From the human T2T-CHM13v2.0 reference genome, Homo sapiens, in the NCBI RefSeq assembly GCF_009914755.1, contig NC_060925.1: DNA of 64,000 nt; one strand, 5' to 3'. This document shows, one piece after another, positions 25,601 through 40,465 of the stretch. The notes beneath the pieces were generated by a model. The model had not been told where the DNA came from and searched no databases. It was given only the letters and a program-made list of their open reading frames with translations. The position numbers and the translations under genes were made by a program. The stretch's first letter is position 1. The number at the start of each line of letters is the position of its first letter.

Positions 25601-28600
25601 AATCAAATGGAATCATTGAACGGAATTGAATGGAATCGTCATCGAATGAATTGAATGCAATCATCGAATGGTCTCGAATGGAATCATCTTCAAATGGAAT
25701 GGAATGGAATCATTGCATAGAATCGAATGGAATTATCATCGAATGGAATCGAATGGTATCAACATCAAACGGAAAAAAACGGAATTATCGAATGGAATCG
25801 AAGAGAATCTTCGAACGTACCCGAATGGAATCATCTAATGGAGTGGAATGGAATAATCCATGGACTCGAATGCAATCATCATCGAATGGAATCGAATGGA
25901 ATCATCGAATGGTCTCGAATGGAATAATCATTGAACGGAATCGAATGGAATCATCATCGGATGGAAATGAATGGAATGATCATCGAATGGAATCGAATAG
26001 AATTATGGAATGAAATCCAGTGTCATCATCATCGAATGGACCCGAATGGAATCATCATCCAACGGAAGCTAATGGAATCAACATCGAATGAATCGAATGG
26101 AAACACCATCGAATTGAAACGAATGGAATTATCATGAAATTGAAATGGATGGACCCATCATCGAATGGATTCGAATGGAATCATCGAATAAAATTGATTG
26201 AAATCATCATCAAATGGAATCGAATGGTGTCATTGAATGGGATCGAATGGAATCATCGTCAGATGGAAATGAATGGAATCGTCATAGAATGGAATCGAAT
26301 GGATTCATTGAATGGAATCAGATGGAATCATCGAATGGACTGGAATGGAATCATTGAATGGACTCGAATGGAATCATTATTGAATGGAATTGAATGGAAT
26401 CATCGAATGGTCTCGATTGGAATCATTATCACATGGAATCGAATGGAATCACCGAATAGAATCGAATGGAACAATCATCGAATGGACTCAAATGGAATTA
26501 TCCTCAAATGGAATCGAATGGAATTATCGAATGCAATCGAATGGAATTATCGAATGCAATCGAATAGAATCATCGAATGGACTCGAATGGAATCATCGAA
26601 TGGAATGGAATGGAACAGTCAATGAACTCGAATGGAATCATCATTGAATGGAATCGAATGGAATCATCGAGTGGAATCGAATGGAATTATGATCAAATGG
26701 AATCGAATGTAATCCTCATCAAATGGAATCAAAAATAACGATCATCAATTGGTATTGAATGGAATTGTCATCAAATGGAATTGAAAGGAATCATCATCAA
26801 ATGGAACCGAATGGAATCCTCATTGAATGGAAATGAAAGTGGTCATCATCTAATGGAATCGCATGGAATCATCATCAAATGGAATCGAATGGAATCATCA
26901 TGAAATGGAATCTAAGGGAATCATTGAAGAGAATTGAATGGAATCGTCATCGAATGAATTGAATGCAATCATCGAATGGTCTCGAATGGAATCATCTTCA
27001 AATGGAAAGGAATGGAATCATCGCATAGAATCGAATGGAATTATCATCGAATGGAATCCAATGGTATCAACATCAAACGGAAAAAAACGGAATTATGGAA
27101 TGGAATCGAAGAGAATCTTCGAACGGACCCGAATGGAATCATCTAATGGAATGGAATGGAATAATCCATGGACTCGAATGCAATCATCATCAAATGGAAT
27201 CGAATGGAATCATCGAATGGACTCGAATGGAATAATCATTGAACGGAATCGAATGGAATCATCATCGGATGGAAACGAATGGAATCATCATCGAATGGAA
27301 ATGAAAGGAGTCATCATCTAATGGAATTGCATGGAATCATCATAAAATGGAATCGAATGGAATCAACATCAAACGGAAAAAAACGGAATTATCGAATGGA
27401 ATCGAAGAGAATCACCGAATGGACCCGAATGGAATCATCTAATGGAATGGAATGGAATAATCCATGGACTCGAATGCAATCATCATCGAATGGAATCGAA
27501 TGGAATCATCGAATGGACTCGAATGGAATAATCATTGAACGGAATCGAATGGAATCATCATCGGATGGAAATGAATGGAATCATCATCGAATGGAATCGA
27601 ATAGAATTATGGAATGAAATCCAGTGTGATCATCATCGAATGGACCCGAATGGAATCATCATCCAACGGAAGCTAATGGAATCAACATCGAATGAATCAA
27701 ATGGAAACACCATCGAATTGAAACGAATGGAATTACCATGAAATTGAAATGGATGGACTCATCCTCAAATGGATTCGAGTGGAATCATCGAATAAAATTG
27801 ATTGAAATCATCATCGAATGGAATCGAATGGTATCATTGAATGGAATCGAATGGAATCATCATCAGATGGAAATGAAAGGAATCGTCATAGAATGGAATC
27901 GAATGGATTCATTGAATGGAATCAGATGGAATCATTGAATGGACTGGAATGGAATCATTGAATGGACTCGAAAGGGATCATTATTGAATGGAATTGAATG
28001 GAATCATCGAATGGTCTCGATTGGAATCATTATCAAATGGAATCGAATGGAATCACCGAATAGAATCGAATGGAACAATCATCGAATGGACTCAAATGGA
28101 ATTATCCTCTAATGGAATTGAATGGAATTATCGAATGCAATCGAATAGAATCATCGAATGGACTCGAATGGAATCATCGAATGGAATGGAATGGAACAGT
28201 CAATGAACTCGAATGGAATCATCATTGAATGGAATCGAATGGAATCATCGAGTGGAATCGAATGTAATCATCATCAAATGGAATCAAAAATAACCATCAT
28301 CAAATGGAATCAAAAATAACCATCATCAATTGGTATTGAATGGAATTCTCATCAAATGGAATTCAAAGGAATCATCATCAAATGGAACCGAATGGAATCC
28401 TCATTGAATGGAAATGAAAGGGGTCATCATCTAATGGAATCGCAAGGAATCATCATAAAATGGAATCGAATGGAATCAACATCAAATGGAATCAAATGGA
28501 ATCATTGAACGGAATTGAATGGAATCGTCATCGAATGAATTGAAAGCAATCATCGAATGGTCTCGAATGGAATCATCTTCAAATGGAATGGAATGGAATC

Positions 28601-31600
28601 ATCGCATAGAATCGAAAGGAATTATCATCGAATGGAATCGAATGGAATCAACACCAAACGGAAAAAAACGGAATTATCGAATGGAATCGAAGAGAATCAT
28701 CGAATGGACCCGAATGGAATCATCTAATGGAATGGAATGGAATAATCCATGGACTCGAATGCAATCATCATCGAATGGAATCGAATGGAATCATCCAATG
28801 GACTCGAATGGAATAATCATTGAACGGAATCGAATGGAATCATCATCGGATGGAAATGAATGGAATCATCATCGAATGGAATCGAATAGAATTATGGAAT
28901 GAAATCCAGTGTGATCATCATCGAATGGACCCGAATGGAATCATCATCCAACGGATGCTAATGGAATCAACATCGAATGAATCAAATGGAAACACCATCG
29001 AATTGAAACGAATGGAATTACCATGAAATTGAAATGGATGGACTCATCATCGAATGGATTCGAAAGGAATCATCGAATAAAATTGATTGAAATCATCATC
29101 GAATGGAATCGAATGGTATCATTGAATGGAATCGAATGGAATCATCATCAGATGGAAATGAATGGAATCGTCATAGAATGGAATCGAATGGATTCATTGA
29201 ATGGAATCAGATGGAATCATCGAATGGACTGGAATGGAATCATTGAATGGACTCGAAAGAGATCATGATTGAATGGAATTGAATAGAATCATCGAATGGT
29301 CTCGATTGGAATCATTATCAAATGGAATCGAATGGAATCATCGAATAGAATCGAATGGAACAATCATCGAATGGACTCCAATGGAATTATCCTCAAATGG
29401 AATCGAATGGAATTATCGAATGCAATCGAATGGAATTATCGAATGCAATCGAATAGAATCATCGAATGGACTCGAATGGAATCATCGAATGGAATGGAAT
29501 GGAACAGTCAATGAACTCGAATGGAATCATCATTGAATGGAATCGAATGGAATCATCGAGTGGAATCGAATGGAATTATGATCAAATGGAATCGAATGTA
29601 ATCATCATCAAATGGAATCAAAAATAACCATCATCAATTGGTATTGAATGGAATTGTCATCAAGTGGAATCCAAAGGAAACATCATCAAATGGAACCGAA
29701 TGGAATCCTCATTGAATGGAAATGAAAGGGGTCATCGTCTAATGGAATCGCATGGAATCATCATCAAATGGAATCGAATGGAATCATCATCAAATGGAAT
29801 CTAATGGAATCATTCAACAGAATTGAATGGAATCGTCATCGAATGAATTGAATGCAATCATCGAATGGTCTCGAATGGAACCATCTTCTAATGGAAAGGA
29901 ATGGAATCATCGCATAGAATCGAATGGAATTGTCATCGAATGGAATCGAATGGTATCAACACCAAACGGAAAAAAACGGAATTATCGAATGGAATCGAAG
30001 AGAATCTTCGAACGGACCCGAATGGAATCATCTAATGGAATGGAATGGAATAATCCATGGACTCGAATGCAATCATCATCGAATGGAATCGAATGGAATC
30101 ATCGAATGGACTCGAATGGAATAATCATTGAACGGAATCGAATGGAATCATCATCGGATGGAAACGAATGGAATCATCATCGGATGGGAATGAAAGGAGT
30201 CATCATCTAATGGAATTGCATGGAATCATCATAAAATGGAATCGAATGGAATCAACATCAAATGGAATCAAATGGAATCATTGAACGGAATTGAATGGAA
30301 TCGTCATCGAATGAATTGAATGCAATCATCGAATGGTCTCGAATGGAATCATCTTCAAATGGAATGGAATGGAATCATTGCATAGAATCGAATGGAATTA
30401 TCATCGAATGGAATCGAATGGTATCAACATCAAACGGAAAAAAACGGAATTATCGAATGGAATCGAAGAGAATCTTCGAACGTACCCGAATGGAATCATC
30501 TAATGGAGTGGAATGGAATAATCCATGGACTCGAATGCAATCATCATCGAATGGAATCGAATGGAATCATCGAATGGTCTCGAATGGAATAATCATTGAA
30601 CGGAATCGAATGGAATCATCATCGGATGGAAATGAATGGAATGATCATCGAATGGAATCGAATAGAATTATGGAATGAAATCCAGTGTCATCATCATCGA
30701 ATGGACCCGAATGGAATCATCATCCAACGGAAGCTAATGGAATCAACATCGAATGAATCGAATGGAAACACCATCGAATTGAAACGAATGGAATTATCAT
30801 GAAATTGAAATGGATGGACCCATCATCGAATGGATTCGAATGGAATCATCGAATAAAATTGATTGAAATCATCATCAAATGGAATCGAATGGTGTCATTG
30901 AATGGGATCGAATGGAATCATCGTCAGATGGAAATGAATGGAATCGTCATAGAATGGAATCGAATGGATTCATTGAATGGAATCAGATGGAATCATCGAA
31001 TGGACTGGAATGGAATCATTGAATGGACTCGAATGGAATCATTATTGAATGGAATTGAATGGAATCATCGAATGGTCTCGATTGGAATCATTATCACATG
31101 GAATCGAATGGAATCACCGAATAGAATCGAATGGAACAATCATCGAATGGACTCAAATGGAATTATCCTCAAATGGAATCGAATGGAATTATCGAATGCA
31201 ATCGAATGGAATTATCGAATGCAATCGAATAGAATCATCGAATGGACTCGAATGGAATCATCGAATGGAATGGAATGGAACAGTCAATGAACTCGAATGG
31301 AATCATCATTGAATGGAATCGAATGGAATCATCGAGTGGAATCGAATGGAATTATGATCAAATGGAATCGAATGTAATCCTCATCAAATGGAATCAAAAA
31401 TAACGATCATCAATTGGTATTGAATGGAATTGTCATCAAATGGAATTGAAAGGAATCATCATCAAATGGAACCGAATGGAATCCTCATTGAATGGAAATG
31501 AAAGTGGTCATCATCTAATGGAATCGCATGGAATCATCATCAAATGGAATCGAATGGAATCATCATGAAATGGAATCTAAGGGAATCATTGAAGAGAATT

Positions 31601-32038
31601 GAATGGAATCGTCATCGAATGAATTGAATGCAATCATCGAATGGTCTCGAATGGAATCATCTTCAAATGGAAAGGAATGGAATCATCGCATAGAATCGAA
31701 TGGAATTATCATCGAATGGAATCCAATGGTATCAACATCAAACGGAAAAAAACGGAATTATGGAATGGAATCGAAGAGAATCTTCGAACGGACCCGAATG
31801 GAATCATCTAATGGAATGGAATGGAATAATCCATGGACTCGAATGCAATCATCATCAAATGGAATCGAATGGAATCATCGAATGGACTCGAATGGAATAA
31901 TCATTGAACGGAATCGAATGGAATCATCATCGGATGGAAACGAATGGAATCATCATCGAATGGAAATGAAAGGAGTCATCATCTAATGGAATTGCATGGA
32001 ATCATCATAAAATGGAATCGAATGGAATCAACATCAAA
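22681..32038 (+). repeat. Recent 4,665-bp tandem duplication (22681-27345 / 27346-32038)
   Basis: ORF pairs 23073/27738, 24358/29023, 26134/30799 and 26938/31603 are all 4,665 apart with identical translations. Private variants are shared (GGATGCTA, AAGAGATCATG, CAAGTGGAATCCAAAGGAAAC, GAACGTACCC, AATGGGATCG, TCTAAGGG). Confidence 0.93.
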
Positions 32039-35000
32039 TGGAATCAAATGGAATCATTGAACGGAATTGAATGGAATCGTCATCGAATGAATTGAATGCA
32101 ATCATCGAATGGTCTCGAATGGAATCATCTTCAAATGGAATGGAATGGAATCATCGCATAGAATCGAATGGAATTATCATCGAATGGATTCGAATGGAAT
32201 CAACATCAAACGGAAAAAAACGGAATTATCGAATGGAATCGAAGGGAATCATCGAAGGGACCCGAATGGAATCATCTAATGGAATGGAATGGAATAATCC
32301 ATGGACTCGAATGCAATCATCATCGAATGGAATCGAATGGAATCATCGAATGGACTCGAATGGAATAATCATTGAACGGAATCGAATGGAATCATCATCG
32401 GATGGAAATGAATGGAGTCATCATAGAATGGAATCGAATAGAATTATGGAATGAAATCCAGTGTGATCATCATCGAATGGACCCGAATGGAATCATCATC
32501 CAACGGAAGCTAATGGAATCAACATCGAATGAATCAAATGGAAACACCATCGAATTGAAACGAATGGAATTACCATGAAATTAAATTGGATGGACTCATC
32601 CTCAAATGGATTCGAGTGGAATCATCGAATAAAATTGATTGAAATCATCATCAAATGGAATCGAATGGTATCATTGAATGGAATCGAAAGGAATCATCAT
32701 CAGATGGAAATGAAAGGAATCGTCATAGAATGGAATCAAATGGATTCATTGAATGGAATCAGATGGAATCATTGAATGGACTGGAATGGAATCATTGAAT
32801 GGACTCGAAAGGGATCATTATTGAATGGAATTGAATGGAATCATCGAATGGTCTCGATTGGAATCATTATCAAATGGAATCGAATGGAATCACGGAATAG
32901 AATCGAATGGAACAATCATCGAATGGACTCAAATGGAATTATCCTCAAATGGAATTGAATGGAATTATCGAATGAAATCGAATGGAATTATCGAATGCAA
33001 TCGAATAGAATCATCGAATGGACTCGAATGGAATCATCGAATGGAATGGAATGGAACAGTCAATGAACTCGAATGGAATCATCATTGAATGGAATCGAAT
33101 GGAATCATCGAGTGGAATCGAATGTAATCATCATCAAATGGAATCAAAAATAACCATCATCAAATGGAATCAAAAATAACCATCATCAATTGGTATTGAA
33201 TGGAATTCTCATCAAATGGAATTCAAAGGAATCATCATCAAATGGAACCGAATGGAATCCTCATTGAATGGAAATGAAAGGGGTCATCATCTAATGGAAT
33301 CGCATGGAATCATCACCAAATGGAATCGAATGGAATCATCATCAAATGGAATCTAATGGAATCATTGAACAGAATTGAATGGAATCGTCATCAAATGATT
33401 TGAATGCAATCATCGAATGGTCTCGAATGGAATCATCTTCTAATGGAAAGGAATGGAATCATCGCATAGAATCGAATGGAATTATCATCGAATGGAATCG
33501 AATGGTATCACCGAATAGAATCGAATGGAACAATCATCGAATGGACTCAAATGGAATTATCCTCAAATGGAATCGAATGGAATTATCGAATGCAATCGAA
33601 TGGAATTATCGAATGCAATCGAATAGAATCATCGAATGGACTCGAATGGAATCATCGAATGGAATGGAATGGAACAGTCAATGAACTCGAATGGAATCAT
33701 CATTGAATGGAATCGAATGGAATCATCGAGTGGAATCGAATGGAATTATGATCAAATGGAATCGAATGTAATCATCATCAAATGGAATCAAAAATAACCA
33801 TCATCAATTGGTATTGAATGGAATTGTCATCAAATGGAATTCAAAGGAATCATCATCAAATGGAACCGAATGGAATCCTCGTTGAATGGAAATGAAAGGG
33901 GTCATCATCTAATGGAATCGCATGGAAACATCATAAAATGGAATCGAATGGAATCAACATCAAATGGAATCAAATGGAATCATTGAACGGAATTGAATGG
34001 AATGGTCATCGAAAGAATTGAATGCAATCATCGAATGGTCTCGAATGGAATCATCTTCAAATGGAATGGAATTGAATCATCGCATAGAATCGAAAGGAAT
34101 TATCATCGAATGGAATCGGATGGAATCAACACCAAACGGAAAAAAACGGAATTATCGAATGGAATCGAAGAGAATCATCGAATGGACCCGAATGGAATCA
34201 TCTAATGGAATGGAATGGAATAATCCATGGACTCGAATGCAATCATCATCGAATGGAATCGAATGGAATCATCGAATGGACTCGAATGGAATAATCATTG
34301 AACGGAATCGAATGGAATCATCATCGGATGGAAACGAATGGAATCATCATCGAATGGAATCGAATAGAATTATGGAATGAAATCCAGTGTGATCATCATC
34401 GAATGGACCCGAATGGAATCATCATCCAACGGAAGCTAATGGAATCAACATCGAATGAATCAAATGGAAACACCATCGAATTGAAACGAATGGAATTACC
34501 ACGAAATTGAAATGGATGGACTCATCATCAAATGGATTCGAATGGAATCATCGAATAAAATTGATTGAAATCATCATCGAATGGAATCGAATGGTATCAT
34601 TGAATGGAATCGAATGGAATCATCATCAGATGGAAATGAATGGAATCGTCATAGAATGGAATCGAATGGATTCATTGAATGGAATCAGATGGAATCATCG
34701 AATGGACTGGAATGGAATCATTGAATGGACTCGAAAGGGATCATGATTGAATGGAATTGAATGGAATCATGGAATGGTCTCGATTGGAATCATTATCAAA
34801 TGGAATCGAATGGAATCACCGAATAGAATCGAATGGAACAATCATCGAATGGACTCAAATGGAATTATCCTCAAATGGAATCGAATGGAATTATCGAATG
34901 CAATCGAATGGAATTATCGAATGCAATCGAATAGAATCATCGAATGGACTCGAATGGAATCATCGAATGGAATGGAATGGAACAGTCAATGAACTCGAAT

Positions 35001-38000
35001 GGAATCATCATTGAATGGAATCGAATGGAATCATCGAGTGGAATCGAATGGAATTATGATCAAATGGAATCGAATGTAATCATCATCAAATGGAATCAAA
35101 AATAACCATCATCAATTGGTATTGAATGGAATTGTCATCAAATGGAATTCAAAGGAATCATCATCAAATGGAACCGAATGGAATCCTCATTGAATGGAAA
35201 TGAAAGGGGTCATCATCTAATGGAATCGCATGGAATCATCATCAAATGGAATCGAATGGAATCATCATCAAATGGAATCTAATGGAATCATTGAAAAGAA
35301 TTGAATGGAATCATCATCGAATGAATTGAATGCAATCATCGAATGGTCTCGAATGGAATCATCTTCTAATGGAAAGGAATGGAATCATCGCATAGAATCG
35401 AATGGAATTATCATCGAATGGAATCGAATGGTATCAACACCAAACGGAAAAAAACGGAATTATCGAATGGAATCGAAGAGAATCAACGAACGGACCCGAA
35501 TGGAATCATCTAATGGAACGGAATGGAATAATCCATGGACTCGAATGCAATCATCATCGAATGGAATCGAATGGAATCATCGAATGGACTCGAATGGAAT
35601 AATCATTGAACGGAATCGAATGGAATCATCATCGGATGGAAACGAATGGAATCATCATCGAATGGAAATGAAAGGAGTCATCATCTAATGGAATTGCATG
35701 GAATCATCATAAAATGGAATCGAATGGAATCAACATCAAATGGAATCAAATGGAATCATTGAACGGAATTGAATGGAATCGTCATCGAATGAATTGAATG
35801 CAATCATCGAATGGTCTCGAATGGAATCATCTTCAAATGGAATGGAATGGAATCATCGCATAGAATCGAATGGAATTATCATCGAATGGAATGGAATGGA
35901 ATCAACATCAAACGGAAAAAAACGGAATTATCGAATGGAATCGAAGAGAATCATCGAATGGACCCGAATGGAATCATGTAATGGAATGGAATGGAATAAT
36001 CCATGGACTCGAATGCAATCATCATCGAATGGAATCGAATGGAATCATCGAATGGACTCGAATGGAATAATCATTGAACGGAATCGAATGGAATCATCAT
36101 CGGATGGAAATGAATGGAATCATCATCGAATGGAATCGAATAGAATTATGGAATGAAATCCAGTGTGATCATCATCGAATGGACCCGAATGGAATCATCA
36201 TCCAACGGAAGCTAATGGAATCAACATCGAATGAATCAAATGGAAACACCATCGAATTGAAACGAATGGAATTACCATGAAATTGAAATGGATGGACTCA
36301 TCATCAAATGGATTCGAGTGGAATCATCGAATAAAATTGATTGAAATCATCATCGAATGGAATCGAATGGTATCATTGAATGGAATCGAATGGAATCATC
36401 ATCAGATGGAAATGGAAGGAATCGTCATAGAATGGAATCGAATGGATTCATTGAATGGAATCAGATGGAATCATTGAATGGACTGGAATGGAATCATTGA
36501 ATGGACTCGAAAGGGATCATGATTGAATGGAATTGAATGGAAACATCGAATGGTCTCGATTGGAATCATTATCAAATGGAATCGAATGGAATCACCGAAT
36601 AGAATCGAATGGAACAATCATCGAATGGACTCAAATGGAATTATCCTCAAATGGAATCGAATGGAATTATCGAATGCAATCGAATAGAATCATCGAATGG
36701 ACTCGAATGGAATCATCGAATGGAATGGAATGGAACAGTCAATGAACTCGAATGGAATCATCATTGAATGGAATCGAATGGAATCATCGAGTGGAATCGA
36801 ATGTAATCATCATCAAGTGGAATCAAAAATAACCATCATCAAATGGAATCAAAAATAACCATCATCAATTGGTATTGAATGGAATTCTCATAAAATGGAA
36901 TTCAAAGGAATCATCATCAAATGGAACCGAATGGAATCCTCATTGAATGGAAATGAAAGGGGTCATCATGTAATGGAATCGCATGGAATCATCATAAAAT
37001 GGAATCGAATGGAATCAACATCAAATGGAATCAAATGGAATCATTGAACGGAATTGAATGGAATGGTCATCGAAAGAATTGAATGCAATCATCGAATGGT
37101 CTCGAATGGAATCATCTTCAAATGGAATGGAATGGAATCATCGCATAGAATCGAAAGGAATTATCATCGAATGGAATCGAATGGAATCAACACCAAACGG
37201 AAAAAAACGGAATTATCGAATGGAATCGAAGAGAATCATCGAATGGACCCGAATGGAATCATCTAATGGAATGGAATGGAATAATCCATGGACACGAATG
37301 CAATCATCATCGAATGGAATCGAATGGAATCATCGAATGGACTCGAATGGAATAATCATTGAACGGAATCGAATGGAATCATCATCGGATGGAAACGAAT
37401 GGAATCATCATCGAATGGAATCGAATAGAATTATGGAATGAAATCCAGTGTGATCATCATCGAATGGACCCGAATGGAATCATCATCCAACGGAAGCTAA
37501 TGGAATCAACATCGAATGAATCAAATGGAAACACCATCGAATTGAAACGAATGGAATTACCATGAAATTGAAATGGATGGACTCATCATCAAATGGATTC
37601 GAATGGAATCATCGAATAAAATTGATTGAAATCATCATCGAATGGAATCGAATGGTATCATTGAATGGAATCGAATGGAATCATCATCAGATGGAAATGA
37701 ATGGAATCGTCATAGAATGGAATCGAATGGATTCATTGAATGGAATCAGATGGAATCATTGAATGGACTGGAATGGAATCATTGAATGGACTCGAAAGGG
37801 ATCATTATTGAATGGAATTGAATGGAATCATCGAATGGTCTCGATAGGAATCATTATCAAATGGAATCGAATGGAATCACCGAATAGAATCGAATGGAAC
37901 AATCATCGAATGGACTCAAATGGAATTATCCTCTAATGGAATCGAATGGAATTATCGAATGCAATCGAATGGAATTATCGAATGCAATCGAATAGAATCA

Positions 38001-40171
38001 TCGAATGGACTCGAATGGAATCATCGAATGGAATGGAATGGAACAGTCAATGAACTCGAATGGAATCATCATTGAATGGAATCGAATGGAATCATCGAGT
38101 GGAATCGAAAGGAATTATGACCAAATGGAATCGAATGTAATCATCATCAAATGGAATCAAAAATAACCATCATCAATTGGTATTGAATGGAATTGTCATC
38201 AAATGGAATTCAAAGGAATCATCATCAAATGGAACCGAATGGAATCCTCATTGAATGGAAATGAAAGGGGTCATCATCTAATGGAATCGCATGGAATCAT
38301 CATCAAATGGAATCGAATGGAATCATCATCAAATGGAATCTAATGGAAACATTGAAAAGAATTGAATGGAATCGTCATCGAATGAATTGAATGCAATCAT
38401 CGAATGGTCTCGAATGGAATCATCTTCTAATGGAAAGGAATGGAATCATCGCATAGAATCGAATGGAATTATCATCGAATGGAATCGAATGGTATCAACA
38501 CCAAACGGAAAAAAACGGAATTATCGAATGGAATCGAAGAGAATCTTCGAACGGACCCGAATGGAATCATCTAATGGAATGGAATGGAATAATCCATGGA
38601 CTCGAATGCAATCATCATCGAATGGAATCGAATGGAATCATCGAATGGACTCGAATGGAATAATCATTGAACGGAATCGAATGGAATCATCATCGGATGG
38701 AAACGAATGGAATCATCATCGAATGGAAGTGAAAGGAGTCATCATCTAATGGAATTGCATGGAATCATCATCAAATGGAATCGAATGGAATCAACATCAA
38801 ATGGAATCAAATGGAATCATTGAACGGAATTGAATGGAATCGTCATCGAATGAATTGAATGCAATCATCGAATGGTCTCGAATGGAATCATCTTCAAATG
38901 GAATGGAATGGAATCATCGCATAGAATCGAATGGAATTATCATCGAATGGAATCGAATGGAATCAACATCAAACGGAAAAAAACGGAATTATCGAATGGA
39001 ATTGAAGAGAATCATCGAATGGACCCGAATGGAATCATCTAATGGAATGGAATGGAATAATCCATGGACCCGAATGCAATCACCATCGAATGGAATCGAA
39101 TGGAATCATCGAATGGACTCGAATGGAATAATCATTGAACGGAATCGAATGGAATCGTCATCGGATGGAAATGAATGGAATCATCATCGAATGGAATCGA
39201 ATAAAATTATGGAATGAAATCCAGTGTGATCATCATCGAATGGACCCGAATGGAATCATCATCCAACGGAAGCTAATGGAATCAACATCGAATGAATCGA
39301 ATGGAAACACCATCGAATTGAAACGAATGGAATTACCATGAAATTGAAATGGATGGACTCATCATCGAATGGATTCGAATGGAATCATTGAATAAAATTG
39401 ATTGAAATCATCATCGAATGGTATCGAATGGTATCATTGAATGGAATCGAATGGAATCATCCTCAGATGGAAATGAATGGAATCGTCATAGAATGGAATC
39501 GAATGGATTCATTCAATGGAATCAGATGGAATCATCGAATGGACTGGAATGGAATCATTGAATGGACTCGAAAGGGATCATTATTGAATGGAATTGAATG
39601 GAATCATCGAATGGTCCCGATTGGAATCATTATCAAATGGAATCGAATGGAATCACCGAATAGAATCGAATGGAACAATCATCGAATGGACTCAAATGGA
39701 ATTATCCTCAAATGGAATCGAATGGAATTATCGAATGCAATCGAATGGAATTATCGAATGCAATCGAATAGAATCATCGAATGGACTCGAATGGAATCAT
39801 CGAATGGAATGGAATGGAACAGTCAATGAACTCGAATGGAATCATCATTGAATGGAATCGAATGGAATCATCGAGTGGAATCGAATGGAATTATGATCAA
39901 ATGGAATCGAATGTAATCATCATCAAATGGAATCAAAAATAACCATCATCAATTGGTATTGAATGGAATTCTCATCAAATGGAATTCAAAGGAATCATCA
40001 TCAAATGGAACTGAATGGAATCCTCATTGAATGGAAATGAAAGGGGTCATCATCTAATGGAATCGCATGGAATCATCATCAAATGGAATCGAATGGAATC
40101 ATCATCAAATGGAATCTGATGGAATCATTGAACAGAATTGAATGGAATCGTCATCGAATGAATTGAATGCA

Positions 40172-40465
40172 ATCATCGAATGGTCTCGAATGTAATCACA
40201 TTCTAATGGAAAGGAATGGAATCATCGCATAGAATCGAATGGAATTAACATTGAATGGACTCGAATGGAATCTACATCAAACGGAATCAAGCGGAATTAT
40301 CGAATGGAATCGAAGAGAATCATCGAATGGTCTCGAATGGAATCATCTTCTAATGGAAAGGAATGGAATCATCTCATAGAATCGAATGGAATTAACATTG
40401 AATGGACTCGAATGGAATCAACATCAAATGGAATCAAGCGGAATTATCAAATGAAATCGAAGAGA
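40172..40465 (+). repeat. 147-bp internal tandem duplication (copy 3 of 3), 1,923-bp unit
   Basis: Repeat starts at 40172 and 40319; landmark spacing 39338->41261 = 1923. Confidence 0.9.
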
